Below the pieces are notes generated by a model that worked only from the letters and a program-made list of their open reading frames with translations, was not told where the DNA came from and ran no database searches. A DNA stretch of 62,125 bases, counting the filler, from Asterionella formosa (taxonomy: Eukaryota): the NCBI GenBank assembly GCA_002256025.1. It is 7 parts of 7 records of this genome, joined end to end, with 100 filler letters (N's around TTAATTAATTAA, not from the genome) between each part and the next. Parts side by side here need not be neighbours in the genome. Positions count along the whole stretch, not along the records: positions 8,899 to 17,693 come from NKIB01011602.1; positions 17,794 to 26,585 come from NKIB01011611.1; 5 more parts are not named here. One strand, 5' to 3'. The position numbers were made by a program, and so were the translations under genes. Within the stretch, counting starts at the first letter, position 1; each line of letters starts with the position of its first letter. Below are positions 11,874 through 22,246 of this stretch, one piece after another.

Positions 11874-12798
11874 NNNNNNNNNNNNNNNNNNNNNNNNNNN
11901 NNNNNNNNNNNNNNNNNNNNNNNNNNNNNNNNNNNNNNNNNNNNNNNNNNNNNNNNNNNNNNNNNNNNNNNNNNNNNNNNNNNNNNNNNNNNNNNNNNNN
12001 NNNNNNNNNNNNNNNNNNNNNNNNNNNNNNNNNNNNNNNNNNNNNNNNNNNNNNNNNNNNNNNNNNNNNNNNNNNNNNNNNNNNNNNNNNNNNNNNNNNN
12101 NNNNNNNNNNNNNNNNNNNNNNNNNNNNNNNNNNNNNNNNNNNNNNNNNNNNNNNNNNNNNNNNNNNNNNNNNNNNNNNNNNNNNNNNNNNNNNNNNNNN
12201 NNNNNNNNNNNNNNNNNNNNNNNNNNNNNNNNNNNNNNNNNNNNNNNNNNNNNNNNNNNNNNNNNNNNNNNNNNNNNNNNNNNNNNNNNNNNNNNNNNNN
12301 NNNNNNNNNNNNNNNNNNNNNNNNNNNNNNNNNNNNNNNNNNNNNNNNNNNNNNNNNNNNNNNNNNNNNNNNNNNNNNNNNNNNNNNNNNNNNNNNNNNN
12401 NNNNNNNNNNNNNNNNNNNNNNNNNNNNNNNNNNNNNNNNNNNNNNNNNNNNNNNNNNNNNNNNNNNNNNNACAAAATATTTCCACCACTGGCGGCGGTA
12501 GAGCAATAAATCTCAAAAATTGGTTGGCATCACCGAATAGAGCTCATATCCAAAAAGACATCAAGGTTGCTTGATGTTTGTTGTTGTTGTGCGTTTGTTG
12601 AAGCTTCAATCTCATCAATCTTTTTATTTCGTTAGAGTACTTCTATTGTTGCACATGATCATAGTAAAGAACCATAAATTCTACTTCATCTACTCTTGCA
12701 AGAATACATAATTAATTGTAATCACCACTTCTTCACAAAAAAAGACTACCTACTCCTACCAGGTTCCGGGTAGTAGAGATCCAATCATAATTATCATT

Positions 12799-14457
12799 AT
12801 GAAACTCATCATCGCTCTCCTCCTCTTTGCATCGATACATGCGTTCAACAATGCCGCTGTCCCATTCCGTCCTACTGTAATAGTTCGACAAACTCGAGAA
12901 CTAAGGTCGTCGCCACTAGACGATGATGACTTGCCAGATGAAGTTGCCAGACTCATTGCCAAGGGCAGGGCCATTCGTCAAAATGTAGACCAAGCACAAG
13001 AAAACAATGACGTTGCCGAAGAAGAAATGGTGGAAATTATTGAATGGACTGATTTGGACAAGCTTCCAGAGTTTAAAACAAAGGTGCCAGAAAAAACGCC
13101 GACAACGGACCAAACGCAAGATACTCCATTGACACTCAAGAAGAAGAAAAAGAAACAGGACGACGAACAACCCCTTGCACCCGATTATACTTTGGATTAT
13201 AGCGATGAAAATGAATTACACATTCCGAATCGGATTGGATTTACTACCGGGAGTTGGGGCGATGCAAGTCGAGGGTTCGTTATGGATGGCAAGTTGACAA
13301 ACAAGATGAAGAAGGAAGGGAAATTTCTCCCAGGCGATGCACAGGTACATTCGCATATATATCTATATATATATATCTTTACATGAAACTGCCGACACGA
13401 ACATTTATCTCACCGATCAATTTTTTTAAATGTTGCTTTTCAACCATTAGGTTGCATATAACACCATGCTTTCTGCTGGTATTACGTTTTGTGTTTCTTC
13501 AGAAATCCATGGAAAGGCATCGCGAGGGAGACTGCTGTCGGCAGAACACATTGTAGGCAAATGTATGGATGAAAATAGTGAAATTGCACCGATTATCAGT
13601 ACCACCTACGATGGATCCTTCAAGCACATGTTAACCAATGGATTCAGAGTGGCTGGTGTCGTCAAGGCACTGCAACAGAGTTGTCAGAGAATGGAAACGA
13701 CCAGTGTGGAATTGTTCCAAGCAAAAAAGTCGTTTAGCAAAAGGGTCTTGGCCAAGGGCTTGGCAGATGCAGTGGACAGGGGATTGTGCAACTATGTTGG
13801 TGTAGTAGACATGAACCGAGGCGAATTAAAAGCCATGGTGAAGAAGTTAGATGAGTTGGACTGTGCTTTAACATCGAATCAGGTGAGAACATACGTCACT
13901 TATATCCATGTGATTTTTATGTCATGTGTCGTACCCGCTCTTTGTGCATCAACTAACAAATCTATTGGTTCCAGTTTGAATTCAGTTTGACAAATCGCAA
14001 AAACATGGCATTAATTGATGTTTGCAAAGCCTTGAAAGTCATTCCCTTGATTCGCAATCCTTTGGGTGAAGGAGACCTTGCATCGGGTCGGTACACGGCG
14101 ACCAACCCCACCGGACAAGGTGGGGGTCGGCCCAAATTCTCATTCAAACTGTTGGACTCCCTCTCTCCCCTTCACAGCGTTCAAGAAATGGTGGCCGAGC
14201 GGGTATCGTCTCGTGTGAGGCGAGAACAGAAGGACCTCAAGGGACGATCCAAAAGTAGATTTCCTCCCCCGGAGGTGAACACCTCCATCTCCACGACACA
14301 AGTGGCAATCAACTATGTGATTGCCAAGGGAGGAGTTCCCTTGGTGGATGTGTATAATACTAAAAGTGCGGAGGAAGTGAAGGGATGCCTTGGATGGGCA
14401 TTGACAGATGATGAAGTGGACCTGCTCGATAAGGCTGCATCCTTGTGTGGATTATAA
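12799..14457 (+). CDS. Plastid-targeted aldo-keto-reductase-like protein, 3 exons (12799-13344, 13451-13882, 13975-14457; ~486 aa)
   Basis: Signal peptide ending ASIHAF. GT-AG introns join in frame, with an ACTAAC branch point in intron 2. AKR fold motifs: IGFTTGSWGD, GLADAVDRGLCNYVGV, SNQFEFSL, PLGEGDLASGRY, TQVAINYVIAKGGVPL, GCLGWALTDDEV. Confidence 0.88.
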
Positions 14458-14573
14458 CAGTACTACAAAGTGTCGACAAATAGTAAGCGCAAGGGGGATA
14501 GAAATATATTTATTAGCCACAATCAGAACGACTTGCATCAAAACACAAGTAGGATGGTTAAAAAAGCCAACGC

Positions 14574-15122
14574 TCATGGCTTTCTCAGACTCTCCATAAA
14601 GCCTCGTAGATTGTCGAGATCTTGTTCCTGCGTTGAACACAAACCCCTGCAGACACTGGGATCCACCATTGCATTCGTTTTCTGTACAGCCATGGTATTG
14701 ATTTCATTGCTAATTTGCACCAATTGGTCCACAAAGGTATCTTTTGCATTGATCGCAACAACAATCGACATGACGAACCCAAGAACACCGATAACAACAG
14801 CAGGAACCAAGACGATCAAGGATCCATCCACGTCCACTTCACCAAAGAGGGGAATCTTTGTTGTTTTTCCAGACGTGGAATCGTTCCGTGTTAATGCAGC
14901 CATGAGGGGATCAAGACGTGCGATTGGCTTCGGCGGAATAAAAGGAGGAGGTGTTGGTTCATTGACACTGTCCGAGGCATTGACGGCGTCACTTGCTTCG
15001 TCGGACATGCGAACCGAAATGGTCCCTTTCCGAGCAATCGAAGGGCTGACAGAAAACGATGCCGCAGTTTGTAACAATGCAAGGAGCAGGACAAAGCAGA
15101 GTCCTTTCATTTTGTCATTCAT
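14574..15122 (-). CDS. Plastid-targeted single-pass membrane protein of unknown function
   Basis: Signal peptide ending TAAS-FSVSP plus transit peptide. One hydrophobic segment (LIVLVPAVVIGVLGFVMSIVVAI). C-terminal CRGLCS motif. Confidence 0.8.
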   Translation of the reverse strand: MNDKMKGLCFVLLLALLQTAASFSVSPSIARKGTISVRMSDEASDAVNASDSVNEPTPPPFIPPKPIARLDPLMAALTRNDSTSGKTTKIPLFGEVDVDGSLIVLVPAVVIGVLGFVMSIVVAINAKDTFVDQLVQISNEINTMAVQKTNAMVDPSVCRGLCSTQEQDLDNLRGFMESLRKP

Positions 15123-15760
15123 GACTGTTGATGGTTTCACAATGATGTCGATCAATGTTTAATGGTGATTGTGGTAGTAAGGTAGACGAAACCACCGGTA
15201 TGCTGCTGAATCCAAAAGGTAATTGAGAAGGTACTTGTACCAGGTGAGTACTGCTTCGCCGAGACGAAGATCTTTGATTTCAACCTTCTTATTAGCGTCA
15301 GAATTGACGTCACATACCGTCTTCATTTTCCCTCTGTCACCATGATCATGTGATGGTACACATCTTATGTGCTATCCCTAACCATAGTTCCATAAGCCGC
15401 CGGTATCGACAACAGCTAACGTGATAACAGCATACCAGGTAACCCCACTTCTGTAAATAATTTATAACGCTCATCATATACCGGTATATAGTAATTATTT
15501 AATAATTGTATCAATAAATATAAGTATACCGTACATACCTGTAGTATTTCGTCATTCATACAGGTACGTACCGGCAGTCTTTCTGAGCAATTATACATAC
15601 CGGTATATCCCCGGTATACGAGCGACGATCATCAGGTGCGCATACCGTAGAAATGTAAAATTTTCTTGGTTGTTGTTGTGTCAATTGTATTTTAAGTTCT
15701 TGGAAGCGACCATGATGGGCGACAGTTGACCACCTATAAATCGTCTTTATCTTCATTATT

Positions 15761-16795
15761 ATGCACCCACGACGCAAATCATGGAGATCTAAAACAGCCA
15801 GACCTTTGGGTTTCTACGTGTTAACTTTTCTTCTCTGTGAAGTTCTTTTCTTGAGCGTTCCTTCCATTTGGCAGCAATGCCTCGCATCATCTTCATCATC
15901 GATGGATGCATCACTACCATCATCCTCCACCATTCCATCTAGAGTATATCCTGTCAAGAAATTCCAATGTTTACAAGAACCAAAAAAACGCGCTGTATCT
16001 GGAATGGTCTTCAAAAAGTTGGAATGGACGGAAGGAGATATCGTTTCCAGCGTCATTTTGAAAATTACGCAACGCTGCAGGGACGAGTCCTTTCTCGTTA
16101 CGTTTGTTCGAGACCCTACACAACGTGCCATTGAGGAATTTTTTCATCAACACGTTTCACGAGAAAAGTGGGACCCGACGGATACGAACTTTCAACATCT
16201 CCTCCTAACGCCCCCAACGAAAAATGAAAATATGTACCTTCGGAAACTAGCAATGGAGCCATTCACTCCAGGAAAAGCGACGACGGAACAAGTGATGATG
16301 GATATTTTGCATAGATACGATTTCATTGGTGTTACAGAACGATTAGACGAATCTCTAGTCGTTATGAAGATGCTTCTTGGCTTAGAAACAAGGGATATTC
16401 TTTATGTACCGAATCCCGGTCCCTTTATACCATGGTATTTCAATGTCTCTGCTACAGTTTGCACCTATCATGGTATTGCTCCTTTTATTAGCACCACTAT
16501 GAGCCTATTTTTTGCCTCTCCGGCATGGCAAACAAAGATTGCCGGGGACACGATGCTTTTTCACGCTGCCACTACGTCTTTGGATAGGACCATAGCTACC
16601 TTGGGGAAAGGACGGGTTCAAAATGAATTGATGCAATTTCATCATGCAATGGATGAAGTAGCGCAGAAAGCATGTTATCGGGACATTGTTTTTCCATGCA
16701 CGTCCAGCGGGAGGTTGATGGCACAACATGATTGCATGGAAAAGAATTTGGGGTGTGGGTTTGACTGTTTGGATCAGAAATCATCACCAGGTTGA
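15761..16795 (+). CDS. Type II membrane sulfotransferase-like protein (Gal-3-O-sulfotransferase-like, diatom-expanded)
   Basis: N-terminal membrane anchor. FVRDPTQRAIEEFFH (3'-PB-like), YDFIGVTERLDESLVVMKMLLGL, DILY. Cys-rich C-terminus. Confidence 0.8.
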   Translation: MHPRRKSWRSKTARPLGFYVLTFLLCEVLFLSVPSIWQQCLASSSSSMDASLPSSSTIPSRVYPVKKFQCLQEPKKRAVSGMVFKKLEWTEGDIVSSVILKITQRCRDESFLVTFVRDPTQRAIEEFFHQHVSREKWDPTDTNFQHLLLTPPTKNENMYLRKLAMEPFTPGKATTEQVMMDILHRYDFIGVTERLDESLVVMKMLLGLETRDILYVPNPGPFIPWYFNVSATVCTYHGIAPFISTTMSLFFASPAWQTKIAGDTMLFHAATTSLDRTIATLGKGRVQNELMQFHHAMDEVAQKACYRDIVFPCTSSGRLMAQHDCMEKNLGCGFDCLDQKSSPG

Positions 16796-17863
16796 GTTGC
16801 TGAACGAGTTTGGATTCAAATTCAAACATATTAAATGCATCGGTCGAGCACATTCGTATCGTTATTGATGCCATACATTCTTGATTTTCTTGAGATGAAT
16901 AATCAAGGTGTTTCTCTGTTTAAAAGTTGTCATGAATACGATTCGCTTTGATTGATGGCCTTAATAGTCCCTTTGGATGCAATAGCATTTGCTCCTTCCA
17001 CTGCTATTGCTTGAAATCAAGTCCATTCAAAAACCTCATGATCGCTCGAATGCTATTGCTATAAATTCTGCGAAAATGCAGTTTCCACTTAAATATGAAT
17101 AGAAAATATAATGCACTCGTGTCCTTGCACAATGATATAAGAATACGCACTGTTTGAATCTACCAGAAACCAATAGACTACCAGTCGAAAGGAGGGTCTA
17201 CTTATGTCAAAGTGAGCTCATTCCAGTGGCTATGACTCACTGTCGGATGAGTTGACGTTGGGTGTACCAAGCTCCCGTCAACCACACGATATTATTCTGT
17301 GAAAATGAGCCGGATAATACAGACTATTTGGAGGACCAATAGTTTGTATCTACCAGTAATGATGATTGGGTGTAAACCTATGATAAATGAATATGAGGTA
17401 GTCATGATTCTATGTATGAATGTATGATCTGATAAATGCAAACAGCATTTGGAGATTACCTGGTAGTTCATTTGATTATTCAAACTGAACAAACCTAAAA
17501 ACTATCTTAATTACTCACAATAAGAATATTGCAATGAACGAGAAACACACATCTCTGTCTAAAAGTCTTTTTTGTCTAACAATATGTAGATCTACGTTGA
17601 AAAGGTGATAACGGTATGTACAGTTTAGTAAAGGTGCACGGGGTCATTGTTTCCGTTGTATTCAGAAAGGCTACCGGTATGTACATGCACCTGNNNNNNN
17701 NNNNNNNNNNNNNNNNNNNNNNNNNNNNNNNNNNNNNTTAATTAATTAANNNNNNNNNNNNNNNNNNNNNNNNNNNNNNNNNNNNNNNNNNNNAGAAGAT
17801 GGTGTCACAAAGAGAATCACACTCACTCAAATTGCTCCTCTGTATATTCCTGTATACTTATAG

Positions 17864-18181
17864 GATCGAGTCTGCTGCACAGTTGGCGAAACTATTCCAT
17901 CGGATTCCTGTCCAGTTCCTGCATCAGGCAGATCAACCAAATTCAAAATAGGTATTTCTGTGGGGTCGGCAGTTGCTGCCATTTTTGTTTGTTGTGTGTG
18001 TTTTTCAAACTCCACAAATCCATCATCCACCCACAAAGATGTGAACCAATCAAACCATGAACAGCCCGTAGTGGTTCCTTTGACGGACGGTGCAGAGCAT
18101 ATTGCTACCATTCACCCAGCAACAATGGTTGTGATGCCACCACCCAGTGCACCTTATCCTGTGGCGTCATTGGAACAGTGA
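17864..18181 (+). CDS. Probable last exon of a small single-pass membrane protein (partial)
   Basis: Follows an intron-like pyrimidine tract ending TAG. Open frame with a TM segment (IGISVGSAVAAIFVCCVCF) and a PPPSAPY tail. Confidence 0.45.
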   Translation, partial: DRVCCTVGETIPSDSCPVPASGRSTKFKIGISVGSAVAAIFVCCVCFSNSTNPSSTHKDVNQSNHEQPVVVPLTDGAEHIATIHPATMVVMPPPSAPYPVASLEQ

Positions 18182-18496
18182 TCATGAAAATGTGGTAACA
18201 GTTGCTGAGAAACTTTTTAATATTGTATTAATAAAATACGATCTAGAAATCCACCGGTATTTTTTATCTGCATACTGTACGGTACCATATTCATAGTATA
18301 CATGTATGGATATAATATAACAATTTTTGTTCAGACGATTTATTCCGTATTTGCAATGATGGTTTTCTCGAAGCCAAAACTCGACAGGCATCATCTCGGT
18401 CTGTCACCACCATCACAGAACATTATTTATTTCTTGCCCTATCACGAAAGCGAGAAGCATCACTTTGTTTCGTTGTTGAACGGGTAAACCTACCGA

Positions 18497-21400
18497 ATGT
18501 CTTGCGAAGCTGCATGTCGCGACAAAGAGTCTGTTGAGTTCCATGGAGGTCCTCGCGAACGCTGGGATGAGGTTGTGTCCTCCATTGGAAACAACGCGCT
18601 CTGTTTGGCTGTTGTTCGCGAAAGTGGATCTGATCTACTGTTGTTTGATGCTTCTGGAACGTCCAGAGCTTTTCATCTAGAGGGAAATACAGACAAACTC
18701 TGCTTCTCAACTCACGGACACGATGATGCCGCAGACCTCCTGTCGCCCTGTCTGGACGAAGATGGGATGCATGGCCTTCCAGACGAAGGGTGCTTTTGCG
18801 GAGTTGAAACTCCGCACATTCATGCTCATGTGCATGACTCCAAGACATGCCATGGGCATCAGAGCAAAACAAACGACTTCTCATACCTCGCAAAGCTAGT
18901 TTTGCATCCTTCAGATTTGGAATTGGAATTTGAGGAATCAGACCAACTGCCAAACCAATGCAACTCTGGAAAAATCAACACTCGCCTTCGAAATGCCGGT
19001 CTGACTTATTCTGGTCCTGCTACATCTATGCTAGGGAAACGTATGCATCGAATTCAGCACGGCGACCATTTGGATTATTTAGTTCACAATGAAGATACAG
19101 GAGAACTACACTTGGAGCACGAGTGTAATGGCTGTGGTGACAACGACATTCATGGAAAATTCCTCTGTGTCTCCAAGCGTGTCATAGGTGACGTCAAGCT
19201 TCATTTCTTTGAAGTGGCCCAGGCTCCATTTGATGTGCTTCATATGATTTCTCATCTCTTCGATACCGCTAGCACTGACCGGGTCCAAGTGGCTCGCCAC
19301 ATTATGGCTCCAAGACCGCCGAGCCCTGGATATCAACGTCCAGTTCATGACCATGGGTATGATGTAACAGCTGTGAAATCATGTTGTCAACACAAATCAT
19401 CATGCTCTGAAAAAATTCCCAGCTATGCAAATGCAGAAATTTTAAGTGATGCCAAGGTATGCTGCACGTCAGGGGTCCGTTCAGTGGTTCCTGATAGCTC
19501 CCGCGAACTGGGCTGTTGTGCTGTTGATTACCATCATAGACCATGTCATTCAGATGGAAAGACCACATATTCTTCCATTAATTGCGAAAACATGGTAACT
19601 GCAGACAACATTGCCGGTGTTCTCAACGAAAACCATTTTGGTGCCCCCATTAAGGAAGCTAGCAGCAATCAAGATCCTTCAGTGAAGATCGGCAGATCGG
19701 CATTTTTTGTGCAAAAGATCTGTTGTGCCTCCGAGATTCCGGCAATTAATAAAATTTGTGAACCCATCTCTGGAGTCTCCAAGGTTTCGATCAACGTCAC
19801 CACAAAGATGGTGTATGTTGATCATGACATTCATGTGACTTCAGCTCAAGCTATTGCCGATGCCCTCAATGCTGAATGCTTTGGTGCTCATATCAAGCAT
19901 GATGCTATGGAAGATTTGGAATCAACTTTCACTATGGTAGTCAACTCGACCTTTACGCTCATATCTCCCTCGGAAAAGGAGGCCGAAGTGCTCAGAGAGT
20001 TTCTGGTAAGCTTTGATCGATCGCAAATTGAAAATTTTTCAGTTGATGCTTCTACTGGTGATATCATGATTGAGCACAATGCATTGCTGCTTCCTGCGCA
20101 AAATATTGTTCAGAGCATTAAGCGTGAGTTGGTTTTAGAAGTCATACTTGTAAAAGACGGAGGCGATTACTCGAAGTTTTACATTCCCAATCATGACGAG
20201 CAGTTAGTGGATGAACCAATACCAAACCCTAGTCTTCCAACAATCTTATCTGGATTCTTTTGGGCTGTTTCCATGCTTGCCTGGATTGGAGGCAGCTGGG
20301 AATACCTCAAATATGTTGGTTTGCTTTCGTGTGCATTTGGTCTTCCTTCCATTGGATTGAAAGCCTTCCGCACTATTCGGCGCTTCCAGTTTGATACAAA
20401 TGTGCTCATGTTCGTCGCTGCTGCTGGTGCCATTGCTCTTCAAGAGTATAACGAGGCTGCAGCAGTGACTTTCTTGTTTTCAATCTCAGAGTGGCTCGAA
20501 GTTCGCGCAACAACCAGAGCGAGAAGTGCACTTTCTGCAATTGTCAGACTGCGTCCTGAAAAAGCAAATTTACTCCTTCCTGGATCAAAAGAAATTGTAG
20601 TTATCTCTGCCACTGCTGTTCCAAAAGGTGCTGTGGTCTCGGTTCGCCCTGGTGATAAGGTACCTTGTGATGGAATTGTGATTGATGGATATTCGACTGT
20701 TGACGAGTCGTCATTGACAGGTGAGGCCTGTCCAGTAAAGAAGTCTCCCAAGGACAAGGTGTCTGGAGGTACCATAAACAGTGGTATGACAGAACTGTTG
20801 GTGCGCACTACTTCGACAGCTGATAACTCAGCTGTTGCGAAATTGATTCGTTTGGTTGAAGAAGCTCAAGCCAATCGCTCCACGACAGAAAGGATGGTCG
20901 ATGATTTCGCCAAGATCTACACTCCGATTGTCATCTTTGCCGCCCTATGTATGTGCACCATTCCTTGGGCATTTGGGGCGAACTTTGGAAAAGAGTGGAC
21001 AAACACCGGCCTAGTTCTCTTGGTCATTGCATGTCCTTGTTCCTTGATCATTAGCACACCAGTCACTTACGTCGCAGGCCTGGCTGCTACAGCTCAACGG
21101 GGTATTCTTATCAAAGGAGGTGTACATCTTGAGGCACTTGGAATGGTCAGAAAAGTTGCCTTCGACAAAACTGGAACGCTCACAAAAGGGAAATTCTCAC
21201 TTTTGCACTTGATAACATTTGGCGAACTAAGTCGTCAGACTGTACTTCAAAACCTTTCGCTTTTGGAAGAGCGTGCAACACATCCTCTTGGTACCGCCAT
21301 TGTCGCTGCTATTCAACAAGAAGGAATCTCGATTCCTTCGTCAATGTCATTGAAGAGTCACTCACAAATTGCTGGAGAGGGTGTGACGGCCGAAATAAGC

Positions 21401-22246
21401 GGTGTCAAGGTGTATGTAGGAAACGAGCGTCTTTTCCGTCGTCTGGGGCTGTATGATTCAATTCCCGAAGAAATTAAGATCGCGTCCAAAAAGTGGTCAT
21501 CTTTTGGTGAAACAATTGGTTTCTTGAGCATTGGATCTCACGGTGTTGTCTGTGCATACTCTGTTGCAGATGCTGTACGAGATGAGGCAGCTGAAGTCGT
21601 GCAATACTTGAAGAAACTTGGCATTGAGATAACTATGCTCACTGGCGACAACCACGACACTGCTTTAGGGATAGGCTTCCAAGTCGGCCTTAATGAGAAC
21701 TCCATTCGCAGTCAGCTACTACCAGAAGACAAGCTCCGATTTATCGAAAGTATGAGGGATCGAAGTGCTGCTAGTAGATCTGCCTTTGGTAACCCTTGCA
21801 AGCCAAAGCGTCTTGTGCTAATGTGTGGAGATGGTGTCAATGATGCCCCGGCACTAGCAATTGCTGATGTTGGTGTTGCTATGGGAGCAGGAGCAGCCTT
21901 GGCGATGGAAACTAGTGATGTCACCCTCCTTGATTCTAATCTTGAAAAGCTTGTTTATAGTTTGCAAATGGGTCGAAAGGTGATCCGCAAAATCCGAGAA
22001 AATGTCATCTTCAGTTTTGTCATCAAGGCGATTGTTATGGGCTTTGCATTTGCTGGCTCTGCTCATCTTTGGGCTGCTATTGCTTCTGATGTTGGAACAA
22101 TGTTGCTTGTCACTCTCAACTCAATGGCATTATTGCCCTTCAAGAAATCAGGAGAAATTCCCATTGAAAGTTTTGCAGTGACAAAGGATGTTGAATGTGG
22201 GCCTGTCTCTGCAGGTGCTGTCTGCACTGATGCTGAGGCCCATTAA
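18497..22246 (+). CDS. P1B-2-type heavy-metal (Zn/Cd/Pb) transporting ATPase, 1249 aa, single exon
   Basis: SSLTGE, CPC transmembrane motif, DKTGTLT phosphorylation site, HP motif, TGDN, GDGVNDAPALA. Lys (VIKA) and Asp-Gly (ASDVG) in the last helices. HMA domain with CCASE, as in plant HMA2-4. Confidence 0.97.
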   Translation: MSCEAACRDKESVEFHGGPRERWDEVVSSIGNNALCLAVVRESGSDLLLFDASGTSRAFHLEGNTDKLCFSTHGHDDAADLLSPCLDEDGMHGLPDEGCFCGVETPHIHAHVHDSKTCHGHQSKTNDFSYLAKLVLHPSDLELEFEESDQLPNQCNSGKINTRLRNAGLTYSGPATSMLGKRMHRIQHGDHLDYLVHNEDTGELHLEHECNGCGDNDIHGKFLCVSKRVIGDVKLHFFEVAQAPFDVLHMISHLFDTASTDRVQVARHIMAPRPPSPGYQRPVHDHGYDVTAVKSCCQHKSSCSEKIPSYANAEILSDAKVCCTSGVRSVVPDSSRELGCCAVDYHHRPCHSDGKTTYSSINCENMVTADNIAGVLNENHFGAPIKEASSNQDPSVKIGRSAFFVQKICCASEIPAINKICEPISGVSKVSINVTTKMVYVDHDIHVTSAQAIADALNAECFGAHIKHDAMEDLESTFTMVVNSTFTLISPSEKEAEVLREFLVSFDRSQIENFSVDASTGDIMIEHNALLLPAQNIVQSIKRELVLEVILVKDGGDYSKFYIPNHDEQLVDEPIPNPSLPTILSGFFWAVSMLAWIGGSWEYLKYVGLLSCAFGLPSIGLKAFRTIRRFQFDTNVLMFVAAAGAIALQEYNEAAAVTFLFSISEWLEVRATTRARSALSAIVRLRPEKANLLLPGSKEIVVISATAVPKGAVVSVRPGDKVPCDGIVIDGYSTVDESSLTGEACPVKKSPKDKVSGGTINSGMTELLVRTTSTADNSAVAKLIRLVEEAQANRSTTERMVDDFAKIYTPIVIFAALCMCTIPWAFGANFGKEWTNTGLVLLVIACPCSLIISTPVTYVAGLAATAQRGILIKGGVHLEALGMVRKVAFDKTGTLTKGKFSLLHLITFGELSRQTVLQNLSLLEERATHPLGTAIVAAIQQEGISIPSSMSLKSHSQIAGEGVTAEISGVKVYVGNERLFRRLGLYDSIPEEIKIASKKWSSFGETIGFLSIGSHGVVCAYSVADAVRDEAAEVVQYLKKLGIEITMLTGDNHDTALGIGFQVGLNENSIRSQLLPEDKLRFIESMRDRSAASRSAFGNPCKPKRLVLMCGDGVNDAPALAIADVGVAMGAGAALAMETSDVTLLDSNLEKLVYSLQMGRKVIRKIRENVIFSFVIKAIVMGFAFAGSAHLWAAIASDVGTMLLVTLNSMALLPFKKSGEIPIESFAVTKDVECGPVSAGAVCTDAEAH

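Noticed and set aside
11762..12574. Several long ORFs in all frames (also 10114-10581)
   Set aside because: Their length comes from N gaps translated as X.
14470..15162. 230-aa ORF on the + strand
   Set aside because: Antisense shadow of the minus-strand gene, which has a clear plastid presequence.
3..22246. Functional linkage of heliorhodopsin with downstream genes such as the Zn ATPase
   Set aside because: They lie on different, artificially joined contigs.
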